Shown here one piece after another: positions 1 to 12,100 of a DNA stretch of 64,000 bases (positions within the stretch are counted from its first letter, which is position 1; the number at the start of each line of letters is the position of its first letter). The DNA comes from Neoechinorhynchus agilis (taxonomy: Eukaryota > Animalia > Acanthocephala): NCBI GenBank assembly GCA_051530055.1, contig CM121343.1, positions 6,480,389-6,544,388 of the forward strand, in the 5' to 3' direction. Below the pieces are notes generated by a model. It did no database searches, was not told where the DNA came from, and saw nothing but the letters and a program-made list of their open reading frames with translations. The translations under genes were made by a program, and so were the position numbers.

Positions 1-205
1 GTAGATTTCTCAAAAATTCGTTTCTAATCGTTTTAAGTTATTGAAGCTTCGACTGAATTTTCAAATCTTTGATCTTATTAATCGTAGATTTCTCAAAAAT
101 TCGTTTCTAATCGTTTTAAGTTATTGAAATTTCGATTGAATTTTCAAATCTTTGATCTTATTAATCGTAGATTTCTCAAAAATTCTTTTCTAATCGTTTT
201 AAATT
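1..205. repeat. ~83-bp tandem repeat (about 2.5 copies visible); related copy at ~33230-33365
   Basis: gtagatttctcaaaaattcgtttctaatcgttttaa recurs at 1, 84 and 167, and again at ~33274. It probably lies in an intron of GTF3C3. Confidence 0.9.
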
Positions 206-363
206 GTTAAAAGTTTACAAAAAGAGCAGATCTAAAATTACACTTAATATTTAGAGTTTGACAAGCTTATTGATCTTGAAATTAGTTTAGGACGTTTTTC
301 CGATGTAATCCTGGTAAGTTATTTTTCAAAAAAAGGAGCCATTTCGAATTAAATTTCCGTTAG

Positions 364-2361
364 CTTCTATTGAATACGAAACGATTGTTGATGCATGACT
401 TGGACAAGGAATCTAAGGAACGGGAGCATTTGGTCAAGGATGTTCATCATTACATACATATAAAGAATTTAAAAGATCGGCGATTTTATTTCGTTAACAA
501 TGAGTGCAATTCAATGTTTTCGAAACGGTTGTTAAATGCTGCAGTTTGGTTAGACGGTGGATACAATGCAGTTAAACATCTAGTGAATGAATTTATCGAG
601 TCGATTTCAACTGATGATAATTCAGAAGATATAAAGTTCGTTTTCGATATGATCGATGTGATAATCAAAACAGAAGTGCATGATGCTCAATCTATAATGG
701 AAATCTTGTTTAAAATTCACCAAAAGTCCATCGAGAGTAGCAACGAACTGCGTATTCGATATTTAAAATTGAAAGCGGAGATTCTAATTGCTTATGAACA
801 TTTGGATGATGCCATCCCAGTCTATGAGGAAATCATGTCGATCGATCCAAAGAACTATGAAATTTCTCTATCAATAATGGCGATCAAGCGTCGTCTTGGC
901 CGTACAACTAACCACAATGCACATATCACGGATGTTGAATATATCGGAAAACCGACGCTTACTTCCATACAGTTAGCAATCGAAAATTCTGAGAGAATGT
1001 GATTAAAGGAATTTAGGTGATTAATTCAGGATCTTTGGCTTGGAACGTGTCCAGATCCTCCGGTAAGCGTATTTTTGGTTCTCCGTAACTTTAGAACCAT
1101 CTTCTTTTGAAGAATGAACGGTAGCGGGGATGAGGGGGGGGTCACTTATCTTTTTAAAAATGAACAAGGTCGAATAATAGATTTTCTTCACTATGCACCA
1201 TAAATTCCTTTCATTTATGAGCGAATTGTAATATTCGAAGGTCGTCTAAAATTGCGCCCGTGTGCTGATTGTTATCGTATGCAATCAAAGGAAGTGGAAG
1301 AGTTTTTGCAAAAAGCGAAAATGACTTTATTTGGCGAAGAAACGAATGGATTGGTAAAATCTATGTTGGGTTCGATCAAATGGCGTTATTATGGAGATCG
1401 ATCGACGGCATACACCAAAATGTTATCATCGAACAATTTGTTACTAAGGACTGGAGTTGCAGTTCGTTTACGAGATAGAACGATGTGTAATTGTGGTGGG
1501 ACTTATCACATTGCTCTATCGATAGAAGATCGTGTGAAAAACCGGATACTTGCGTTATACATTCGAGTTTGCAATCTTTTGATTACCCGTGGACAGTATG
1601 GATCATTGCAATTGATAGCAATGGCTGGTAGCATCCTTCCATTCTTGTACGATCGGAGTGATTGGATTTCTCAATGTGAAATGATTGCATTTATGTCCAG
1701 TATACTCTCAAATGACGGTCCTACATCCTTATCGTTTGTTAAATCAATCTTTGAAGCTAACTTGGATTCCGTCGAAGCTGGTAATTATCTGCTAATTGTT
1801 AATACAGTCGCTCCTCATGTAGGCCTCCAAAGATACATTGCGAGATTAAACAACAATCTTTGTAAGGCGTATCGAAACGAAGACAATCCATCGGTTGCAA
1901 AAACTGTCACTCGATATGTTCTCGCACATTTCGCTCTTCTCAGTGGACAATACAAACGATCCATAGAAGCGTATTCTGCACTTTTAGCCAAGGATCCACA
2001 TAACCCACTTTTGTTCCTCTTAATCGGTATTTGTTATCTCATGTTCGTGTCCCATCGATATTCTTGTGATCGGAGCTTTGCTTACTGCCAGGCAATGTTC
2101 TACCTATCAAAGTATAAACATCTTAGAGGAGATTGCCAAGAAGTTCATTATAATATCGGAAGGGCGTTTCATCAAGTTAATATGTTGCATTTGGCCGCAG
2201 ATTCATACATGCGAGTGTTTAAGACAAACGTCAGTGCCGGTGAGGAACTATTCGATCTAAAAAGACAAGCCGCTTTTAATCTTCTATTGATCTATAAGGC
2301 AGATCATGAAGATGGCATCGAGAAGTCCATGGAAATATTAAGCCAATATTTGGTCGTATAA
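364..2361 (+). CDS. GTF3C3: RNA polymerase III transcription factor TFIIIC TPR subunit (5' part outside window; multi-exon)
   Basis: TPR helices (AEILIAYEHLDDAIPVYEEIMSIDP). The C-terminus LSKYKHLRGDCQEVHYNIGRAFHQVNMLHLA..DLKRQAAFNLLLIY..YLVV matches the GTF3C3 C-terminal signature. An upstream mini-exon with a donor lies at ~313; exon junctions between 999 and 1240 are uncertain. Confidence 0.85.
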
Positions 2362-2423
2362 GAGACGAAAAAACACTCAATCCTTTCAATGATTATATCG
2401 ATATCTCAGAAGGATGCTCTCAC

Positions 2424-3790
2424 TTATTGATTAAATTTTAAAACCAATATTCTATAAAGGCATTCTCTTTTTATATTCATTAAATTTTAAAACCAATATT
2501 CTATAAAGGTATTCTCTTTTTATATTGATTAAATTTTAAACCAATATTCTATAAAGGTATTCTCTTTTTATATTGATTAAATTTTAAAACCAATATTCTA
2601 TAAAGGTATTCTCTTTTTATATTGATTAAATTTTAAAACCAATATTCTATAAAGGTATTCTCTTTTTATATTGATTAAATTTTAAAACCAATATTCTATA
2701 AAGGTATTCTCTTTTTATATTGATTAAATTTTAAAACCAATATTCTATAAAGGTATTCTCTTTTTATATTGATTAAATTTTAAAACCAATATTCTATAAA
2801 GGTATTCTCTTTTTATATTGATTAAATTTTAAAACCAATATTCTATAAAGGTATTCTCTTTTTATATTGATTAAATTTTAAAACCAATATTCTATAAAGG
2901 TATTCTCTTTTTATATTGATTAAATTTTAAAACCAATATTCTATAAAGGTATTCTCTTTTTATATTGATTAAATTTTAAAACCAATATTCTATAAAGGTA
3001 TTCTCTTTTTATATTGATTAAATTTTAAAACAATATTCTATAAAGGTATTCTCTTTTTATATTGATTATTTTTAAACCAATATTCTATAAGGTATTCTCT
3101 TTTTATATTGATTAAATTTTAAAACCAATATTCTATAAAGGTATTCTCTTTTTATATTGATTAAATTTTAAAACCAATATTCTATAAAGGTATTCTCTTT
3201 TTATATTGATTAAATTTTAAAACCAATATTCTATAAAGGTATTCTCTTTTTATATTGATTAAATTTTAAAACCAATATTCTATAAAGGTATTCTCTTTTT
3301 ATATTGATTAAATTTTAAAACCAATATTCTATAAAGGTATTCTCTTTTTATATTGATTAAATTTTAAAACCAATATTCTATAAAGGTATTCTCTTTTTAT
3401 ATTGATTAAATTTTAAAACCAATATTCTATAAGGTATTCTCTTTTTATATTGATTAAATTTTAAAACCAATATTCTATAAAGGTATTCTCTTTTTATATT
3501 GATTAAATTTTAAAACCAATATTCTATAAAGGTATTCTCTTTTTATATTGATTAAATTTTAAAACCAATATTCTATAAAGGTATTCTCTTTTTATATTCA
3601 TTAAATTTTAAACCAATATTCTATAAAGGTATTCTCTTTTTATATTGATTAAATTTTAAAACCAATATTCTATAAAGGTATTCTCTTTTTATATTGATTA
3701 AATTTTAAAACCAATATTCTATAAAGGTATTCTCTTTTTATATTGATTAAATTTTAATCCAATATTCTATAAAGGTATTCTCTTTTTATA
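2424..3790. repeat. 49-bp satellite, about 28 near-identical copies
   Basis: Unit ttaaattttaaaaccaatattctataaaggtattctctttttatattga. Confidence 0.97.
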
Positions 3791-4168
3791 TCCAAAGATT
3801 TTTAAAATCAATATTTTAAAAAGTGTATCTGGGCTCAAGGGCGCAAAATAGCAATAATGCTGGCTCACGAGAGACTGGTCTTAAATCCCGAGTTTTTCTG
3901 TAGTGATGTTCATGAAACAAAAATAGTCCGGTGCATTCTTTAAGACTCAAAAAATTTCTGCATTCTAGTTTCATTAATCGGTTCATCGCCGATATTTCAC
4001 CAATCAGCTTTAAAGTGTTTACAAAAACATAATTTGGTGTTTGATCGATTTCAAAAGAACAATTTTCATTTAAATTCTATGGCGATCGAATTAAGAGAAG
4101 CTTCAACACATCTAAAACGCAATGGCCGCTCCATATTAGTTTATTTTCGTAGATTCAGGACATGCCAC

Positions 4169-5636
4169 TTAGTCATCTAGATCAACACTGGACATTGCGT
4201 ACGACTTCTTCTTTATGTTTTGCGGAGCTTGTGAAGCGCTGGGTACTTCTGTCGATTGAGTTGATGATTCGCTTGAATCGACACTTGATCCGCTCTCTCC
4301 CCCTTCTTTATTAGTAAGTTTGTAGACTAATAATGCAATCAGAAGGATGAGTAGAAGAAGAGCAACGATTGCTGAAATGGAAACTGCGATAATCTTTCTT
4401 CTTCTCTTCAATTGTGCTTCACTCAATGTGTGATATCCTCCTTCGAATGGAATAAAAAACAATATTGAAGTACTTAGCTTTTTCAAACTTACTGCATTCG
4501 AATTTCCTACATTCTGGCTTTCCTTGAATTTCATTTTTATCCATCGAATAAGTACAAATGGGTATCATATCACTACATAATTTATCGGTTGCCGTGAATT
4601 CCATTCCTTGCATCAGTGTATCGCCGACAAACTTCGGTGTGGACATTACTGCGCCGTCCGGTTTGAGTGAAAAAACGATCTCGGACACTTTTGTTTTGCT
4701 GCAAGCGGCTTTGGACTCGGCCGTGATTGTATACGTGACATTTGGTTCAAATATTTTATGGTCAGGGCTAATAGTCATCTTGGTGGTAGTTCTCTGTTCA
4801 CATGGTAAAATGACCGGTCGAAGAAGAATAATCACAGTGTTCCTGCTCAATTTATGTGAGTGATCATCCTTATCTAATTCTTCAACCGCTAATACCATTC
4901 GATAATACTTGTCAACCCAATCAGAAGGGAAATTCGTAGTAAACGTACAATCCTTATGAATCTTGACAAAAGATTTCGTTGTAGTTTTAAGGTTATCAAT
5001 AAACTCGCAATTATAGCAATCAGTTGATTCATTTGGAGGGTAACAGTTCAATTTGTCTCCGTCTGGATCAGACAAGAACATTTGAAACGATTCTTTACGG
5101 TTGGCACCTACTCTCAAAACCGGCGGTATAAAGATATTCGGTGATCTGTTGTTTTCCTTGTTTTTCCTTCTCAAGTTTGCAATATGCAATATCATTTCGT
5201 ACTTTGCGTCCTTGGTCGTATCGAACTGCAAAATCCAACAACAAGCCGTGTATCGCAATAGAATTGGTTTATCACAGCTTACTCGTGCATTTACATTGCC
5301 ATACATCATGGATACCTTTTGCTGTGGTCGCCAATTGTCACATTTCAATGGAATTTGAATCTGCTTCTGCTCACATCCATCACATAACATATCCATCGAA
5401 TACAAGTAATTATCCTTCGATTTACATCGCTGTTTGAATTGCCGGAAATTACTCTCCATCACTTCCTCTCCATAAACATTTATAAGACACGCGTTCTGGT
5501 CAACAACATGGAACCGTGCCGTACCGCCGCGAAAGTGAGTGCACTTTACACCAATCAAAAACGTAGACGTGATCAATAACAACAAAACTAACGATGAACG
5601 TCTCATCAACATGACCAAAAGCAAGAAACACAACAT
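4169..5636 (-). CDS. Type I membrane protein with Sib/integrin-beta-like (THFRGG) ectodomain; 2 exons
   Basis: Signal peptide followed by THFRGGT, CCWI, NRSP and SDPDGD motifs. A 52-nt GT-AG intron (4441-4492) joins this in frame to a TM helix (IIAVSISAIVALLLLILLIALLVY) and a Ser-rich tail. Confidence 0.75.
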
Positions 5637-5707
5637 GCATTCATTCCTCGTTTAATCCTTTACGAGAATCAGTTGCCTGGTTACCATTGCGAACTTTGCA
5701 AATTTCA

Positions 5708-5895
5708 AAAAAAAGAAGCGAATTTGGAATAAAATCGATTCCTAGGGAGTTTCCTTTAAAGAAAAGAAGCGAAATTGGAGAGTTTCCTTTAAAGAAAAGA
5801 AGCGAAATTGGAGAGTTTCCTTTAAAGAAAAGAAGCGAATTTGGAGAGTTTCCTTTAAAGAAAAGAAGCGAATTTGGAATAAAATCGATTCCTAC
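5708..5895. repeat. 33-bp tandem repeat (about 5 copies)
   Basis: aaagaagcgaaattggagagtttcctttaaaga repeated; it accounts for ORF 5687..5968. Confidence 0.9.
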
Positions 5896-6103
5896 AGCGG
5901 ATATTACCTACATCTTCGCCTGTTCAAATTCCTGCCTGGCTAAATCAATCCGAATTTTTTTATGTTAGCGACTGCGTTTACTTTTGTGAGTGAGAAGGAA
6001 TCATAAAAATCGACCTACTCTCTGGACCATTTTTGTTATATAATTGACAAAATCAACGGCAAAGAGGAAATGGTCGGTAAGATAATATTTTGAAAGAATG
6101 TAT

Positions 6104-6950
6104 TTATGCAGTGAGGGACTTATTAACATTTACATGACCACAAAGTTGTTCTAAAACATAGATTATCTGTCCGATTTCGTCGTTTATTGTGCTTCGATCA
6201 TCCTTTACACGGTTTGAGACCATGTGACGAAAGTACGACGGGATATTTTCCTTGATTCTAAACAAGTTCAACCATTCGCTTATTGGACCCCATCCATTTC
6301 CGGTCGTTTTCATCGCTAACACTCGAATCTTAAAATGTAAAGCAATGAAATTTAGAAGAACATAAAGATTACCTCCAAATAGACTACTCGTTGATCTGAA
6401 ATGGCATTTGATTCCACAGGAGCGATTTTAATCTGACAGATTCCACACGTATAACAAGTGCCTTCTATGACCAAATCGGGATTTCTTTTCTGTCCTAGTT
6501 CTTGTTTGGAATTGGCTGTTTCTGTTTTGAGAAATAAATTTAAAGCGGATCGATGGGCCTTTACAATATACTGAGACCGCATGGTCAATAAATGTATGTC
6601 AGATTGATTCGGATTTTGATTATGGCTAAGTTCCGGAATATCTCCAAGCATAAAGCATGTGTGCGGGAATTCCGAGAGGATTAGGATTCTAGTTCGAGAA
6701 CCATTAAAACGTGATTCCAAATGGTAATATTCCATTCGGAAAGGACAGGAGATACTAAGAGCTTTTAGTTCCAATATACGGATATATTCTAAAGCTTTCG
6801 TTGCAGCAGATACACCAATTGGGACGGGAATAAGCTTCACTCTATTATAAATTTGATCACTTCATTTAAAAAAAAGCAATACTCACATCGATAACATCAA
6901 TCGCGTCAAAATCGTAGTTGGTCGGGTCTGAAAGCTGAAATTTAATTGCA
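6104..6950 (-). CDS. Hypothetical multi-exon protein
   Basis: ORFs 6352..6840 and 6104..6322 join in frame through a 44-nt GT-AG intron (VVYLE|IRVLAMK). The 5' end is uncertain and no family was recognised. Confidence 0.5.
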
Positions 6951-7756
6951 TAGTTATGGTATTGATTTTTTTTAAATTAAAAACATAGATTTGTTAATAA
7001 CATCACTTTTAATTTTAAGATGCCTATTTTTATGCAGTTTAATGAACTTAAATTTATTTGCTGTTAATTGGTCTATTATTAAATTTTGACCGAGATTATC
7101 AAGCCCTCAAATAGAGAAAATCCCGCTTAACTGCAAGAAAATTTCGGAACGGCTTCAAACCAAATAACTGGAGAAATCAAATAGCTTACGGCGTTAATCT
7201 CAAAAGCAGGAATTAAATTAACCAAGTCAAATCTCACAGTTTGACGAAATTACTCGAATTTTTACAGTCCATGACAAAATAGAAATTATGCATTTTCTAA
7301 TAAATGCGTTCGTTGGTATATTTTAACGAAATTCGTGATTTAAGCACGAGAAGATCCTTACATTTTCAATTAAAGCGTGAGAAGAAATAAACTTGTAAAC
7401 GTGGAACTGGAAATATATATTCGCGAACTTTCCATTGTAGTTAAACGGATATTCTGAACGTAATCTTGCTACCTAAAAATTTATGATTCTAAAAGACTAA
7501 AGGGTGCGGCAAATGTGGAATCATTTAAGCTAAAAAAAATATACAGCACGATGAAAAATGAACATTATATGTAATTTGGTATGGCTATTAAATTTAATTA
7601 TACATTTGTTCATTAAATTAAAATAATCATTATTTTTTGAAATTAGAAGTTCTTAAATAATCGGATCAACGATAATTTAGTGCAAATGTAGAACTATACG
7701 ACCAGTTCATCAATGGAGTTTGAGGGAATTAAAAAAATTATTTCCATTTCAAAACA

Positions 7757-8955
7757 TGATTAGAGAATTATTATGGTTAGAAGTCTACACCCTCGGTCGA
7801 AATAATTATTTCGATTAAAAAGACGTTCTACGAACCTCTTAAAGGGTTCATCATCTCAGTTTGTTTGCTATAAAAGACGTTTTGATGACTAACAAACTGA
7901 TGATGGACCCAAAGAGGTTCTAAGCGTGTTTAAAATAAAAAATTATTCACCACGTGAAGACTTCTAAACAATAAAAACAATTAAAATACACTCATAACCG
8001 GCACATTTTTCAATTTTGGCCCACCTCCCGTGTTTCCAAGTCAAACCTTCACGTCTAAAATCACTGAAATTCTTTCTATACTGAGTTTAAGACCTAAGGT
8101 TAAGAACATTCTGTGGACTTCTTAAAGGGTTCATCATCTCAGTTTGTTTGCTATAAAAGACGTTTTGATAACTAACAAACTGATTATGGACAAAGAGGTT
8201 CTAAGCGTGTTTAAAATAAAATTATTCACCATGTGAAGACTTCTAAACAATAAAAAAATTAAAATACACTCATAACCGGCACATTTTTCAATTTTGGCCC
8301 ACTTCCCGTGTTTCCAAGTCCAAACCTTCACGTCTAAAATCACTGAATTCTTTCTATACTGAGTTTAAGACCTAAGGTTAAGAACATTCTGTGGACTTCT
8401 TAAAGGGTTCATCATCTCAGTTTGTTTGCTATAAAAGACGTTTTGATAACTAACAAACTGATTATGGACCCAAAGAGGTTCTAAGCGTGTTTAAAATAAA
8501 AATTATTCACCATGTGAAGACTTCTAAACAATAAAAAATTAAAATACACTCATAACCGGCACATTTTTCAATTTTGGCCCACTTCCCGTGTTTCCAAGTC
8601 CAAACCTTCACGTCTAAAATCACTATGAAATTCTTTCTATACTGAGTTTAAGACCTAAGGTTAAGAACATTCTGTGGACTTCTTAAAGGGTTCATCATCT
8701 CAGTTTGTTTGCTATAAAAGACGTTTTGATAACTAACAAACTGATTATGGACCCAAAGAGGTTCTAAGCGTGTTTAAAATAAAAATTATTCACCATGTGA
8801 AGACTTCTAAACAATAAAAAAATTAAAATACACTCATAACCGGCACATTTTTCAATTTTGGCCCACTTCCCGTGTTTCCAAGTCCAAACCTTCACGTCTA
8901 AAATCACTATGAAATTCTTTCTATACTGAGTTTAAGACCTAAGGTTTCTTAAAAG
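7757..8955. repeat. ~281-bp tandem array (about 4 copies) whose unit contains an imperfect palindrome
   Basis: aagggttcatc at ~7842, 8125, 8403 and 8686. Arms gaacc..gggttcatcatc..cagtttgtt / aacaaactgatgatggaccc..gaggttc. Same family as 47178-47290. Confidence 0.92.
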
Positions 8956-9172
8956 GTTAATTTTAGATACCTTCAGTGGATCACTTTATTGTTTCCGCAA
9001 AATGTTGTATTTGAACGTCGCCACGTCATAAGTTGATTTGAGCTTTAATAAATCAGATTGGTATATTCGGCATCTTCAATAAATCAATTTTTGAATGCTA
9101 CTTTCACACAAGTGTCCTAGGCAATCTTTTACTAGCATCCAATGAAGTTGCGTTTAAACAGTGACTTTTTTT

Positions 9173-12100
9173 TTATTTTCGCCCTTGGAAGCCTCCCTTA
9201 CAGTTTTTCTTGTTCATTCCATGAGTTTTCGCATACTGCTCAACAATACAATCTTTACAAATCCATTTAAATCCCTTACTGTCCTCATCTGATATCGGAT
9301 TCATCGGCGGATCGAGGCAATGTTTATGATACAATTTGCCACATCGAGTGCATTCGATCATAAATGCTTTCATGTAGCTTTTTTTGCAGCTTTCGCAAGT
9401 AGATTCCATAAAGTCTTCAATCATTTCGTCGTCCACAGGAAGCTCACAGCTTACGATTTGTCGTCTGATCGAGTAACTAGAATCAGATTTATCGGCAATG
9501 TTTGCACGTCCTAACTTTGCAGCTTCTTCAATAATTGCAACATCGGTTTCGGTTTTCTGAAGTCTACTTTTCGCATCTTTATTCTCAAATGATCATTAAA
9601 CATTTACAGCTTTAATGACCGATCGATTTAAGCTGAACATTGCATTTTTCTTCTTCGTAAAGAAGACGAGCAAGAAGATCAACCTTAGCCCCCAGCTCTT
9701 CCTGAAGCTCATTGATCTGTTTTTCGCGGTGGTTCATATACCTTTGATACTCATCGCTTATGGAAGGAAAGACACGAAGCTCCTCGTCCGAACTAGACTC
9801 TTCATTGGAACTATCGTATTTTGCTTCCTTTCCTCGTTTTATCAAAATGCGGGCGAGGAATGGTGATTCCGTAACAGGTCGCGCTCTTGCATTTCTGCGT
9901 GGTTGGATTTTCGATTCGAGAGAAGAATTCTCGCCATTTTGTCTCAGGGGAAAAATAATCTTATCATCAGCAGAATGTGTAACGCCTTGGTTCAACTGAA
10001 GATCGGCTTCCATTTTGCTAATAGCCATTATTCGTCTCATCTTTAAATGTTCTTGAGTGTGTCTTTCACAGAAACTTTCTGGCTCTTGGTCCTAAATAAA
10101 ATGATTTCTTTAATAAACGTCGACAACAAAAAGCTAAAAACAGTTTCATCAATTGAATCAATCGCGGACATTTTACGCAAAAGAAACGCAATCGCAAAAA
10201 TGAAATTAATCATTATGGTGAATCGACTTTCAATATTGGAAAAGCAAAATAATTTTGTACCGAGCGAGGATAAAACTTAAATTTTCAGGGTTACATTTAT
10301 TATGTGTGTTGAAGTGAATATCCCTTAGCGTTAATCGTAAATCTCGTTTTGAAGATTTCTCCAAGAATATAGGAAAACGAACAAAAAATTTGCGCTGATA
10401 TCTTCCGACATTCACTTCCTAAAGAAAAACTCAAGGGATGATTCCAACGCTCGATGGAGATGAGGATTTAATTAAACCTTGCACATTCAATTGGACATTA
10501 ACGTCCGGTGGAGGACGAAGTGATGTCAGACACTGAGCCAGGCTACAATATCTGCTTCTATGACGAAAGCTATTTTACAATTTGACCTTAAATGTAATGG
10601 CTTCTTATTGAACAAATAATCAGAAATCAATGAATGTTTTGATTTCTCTCCATACATCAAATGCATTTGGTTATATTACGGAGTATTGGAGCAAATCGTT
10701 GTTACCAAAGGAGACGAAATACTGTTGAAGGGAGTAGGAAACTCACTGACGAGTCCCTTCTCCTTGGGAGGGTATCCGAGGATCCGGACGGGGATTCATA
10801 CAATCTTATAATCGTAAGGTTTTAAGTGTGATTTTATGCGCTTCCCTGATCCGAGATATCGGTGTGCTGTGTGTCTAAGGAGAAATTCACTTCAACACAA
10901 AAAATGCAATATTTGCGCAAAAATGAATTCGACTTTAGAGAAAAGATAAAATTCTATCGTTTTCCAAGGTCATCGGTGGCAATAAGGAATGTAATTGTAG
11001 CGCAAAATGTAGAAATCGGCATTACGATTAAAGATGAAAAGTGGAAAATACAATGAACATTTGAATAAAAATCCTAGACGAGGTTTTCATTTGAAATCAA
11101 GTGAAACAAATAAGTGAATTTGTGCCACAAGTAAGGATTATAAACAAAAAAAGAAGACATTGCGACTTTTCGATTGCTCATTTCCAAAAGCTAAGCCGCT
11201 ATACTCATTAATCGCTTAAATGTCACGTATTAGGAGGTTAAAGAGTTTCACGAGAAATGGGTTGATTTAGAACAATTAATTAAATTGATTGAGGATTATA
11301 TTCGGGTGGTGGTTAGAGATATTGTTGTGTTTAGGGAGTCGCTTATAAAAACAACACCCGAGAGGAATCGCGTTAAAGAAACGAATGTATAAATCAGTCC
11401 ATTTAGTAAATTCGTCTTAAAAACGCGATCCCTCTCGGGTGTTGTTTTTATAAGCGACCTCCTAAACACAACAACAACAACGTAATTCGATTGTTTAGCA
11501 AGCCGGTAGTCTTTTTTATATGTTTTATTATTCCATACACGGCCGAATGGACACCCGCAATCCACCGCGAATTCGGTCTGAGAAGAGCTGGTCTGCGCTC
11601 AATGTCCTAAGACCTACGGAATACGAGTTTGTAAGAATCCCTCCGGATTCTCAGAAACTCACTGATGAGTCCCGCCTCCCCGAGAGGTATCTGAGAATCC
11701 GGAGGGATTCTTACAAACTCGTATTCCGTAGGTCTTGAGCGCAAAAAAGCGCTGTCCACTAGACCAATGAATCGTTGGACTTCGGGTGTCCATTCGGCTT
11801 TGTATAGTGAAAAATGAATCTATCACTTTTGATTGTGCTCACAAACCTCATTATGCGGTCCTTGGATCAATCCTCGATCAAAAGCACAAGAGATGTGGTA
11901 TGCAGATTTGCAGGTTCCCGCTTCGCAAGAAACCCTTGCTCCCGTAAACCTTAAATCACTTTCTTCACAATAGTTACACGGCTGAACGGGGTTTTTTTCG
12001 TATAAGAAATGGAAACTAAAAAACCCGGACATTACCAATTTTTTGTGACATTTGATTAACGATGTTTCCAAGGAAGGAACGTCTGATTTACCAAACTGAC

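Noticed and set aside
1141-1252. In-frame TAA at 1201 inside an otherwise open GTF3C3 frame, suggesting stop-codon reassignment
   Set aside because: A canonical 72-nt GT-AG intron (1169-1240) removes it in frame, and other genes end normally at TAA.
5687-5968. ORF with (LKKRSEIGEFP)n repeats
   Set aside because: By-product of the 33-bp repeat, with a TTG start and no splice or domain support.
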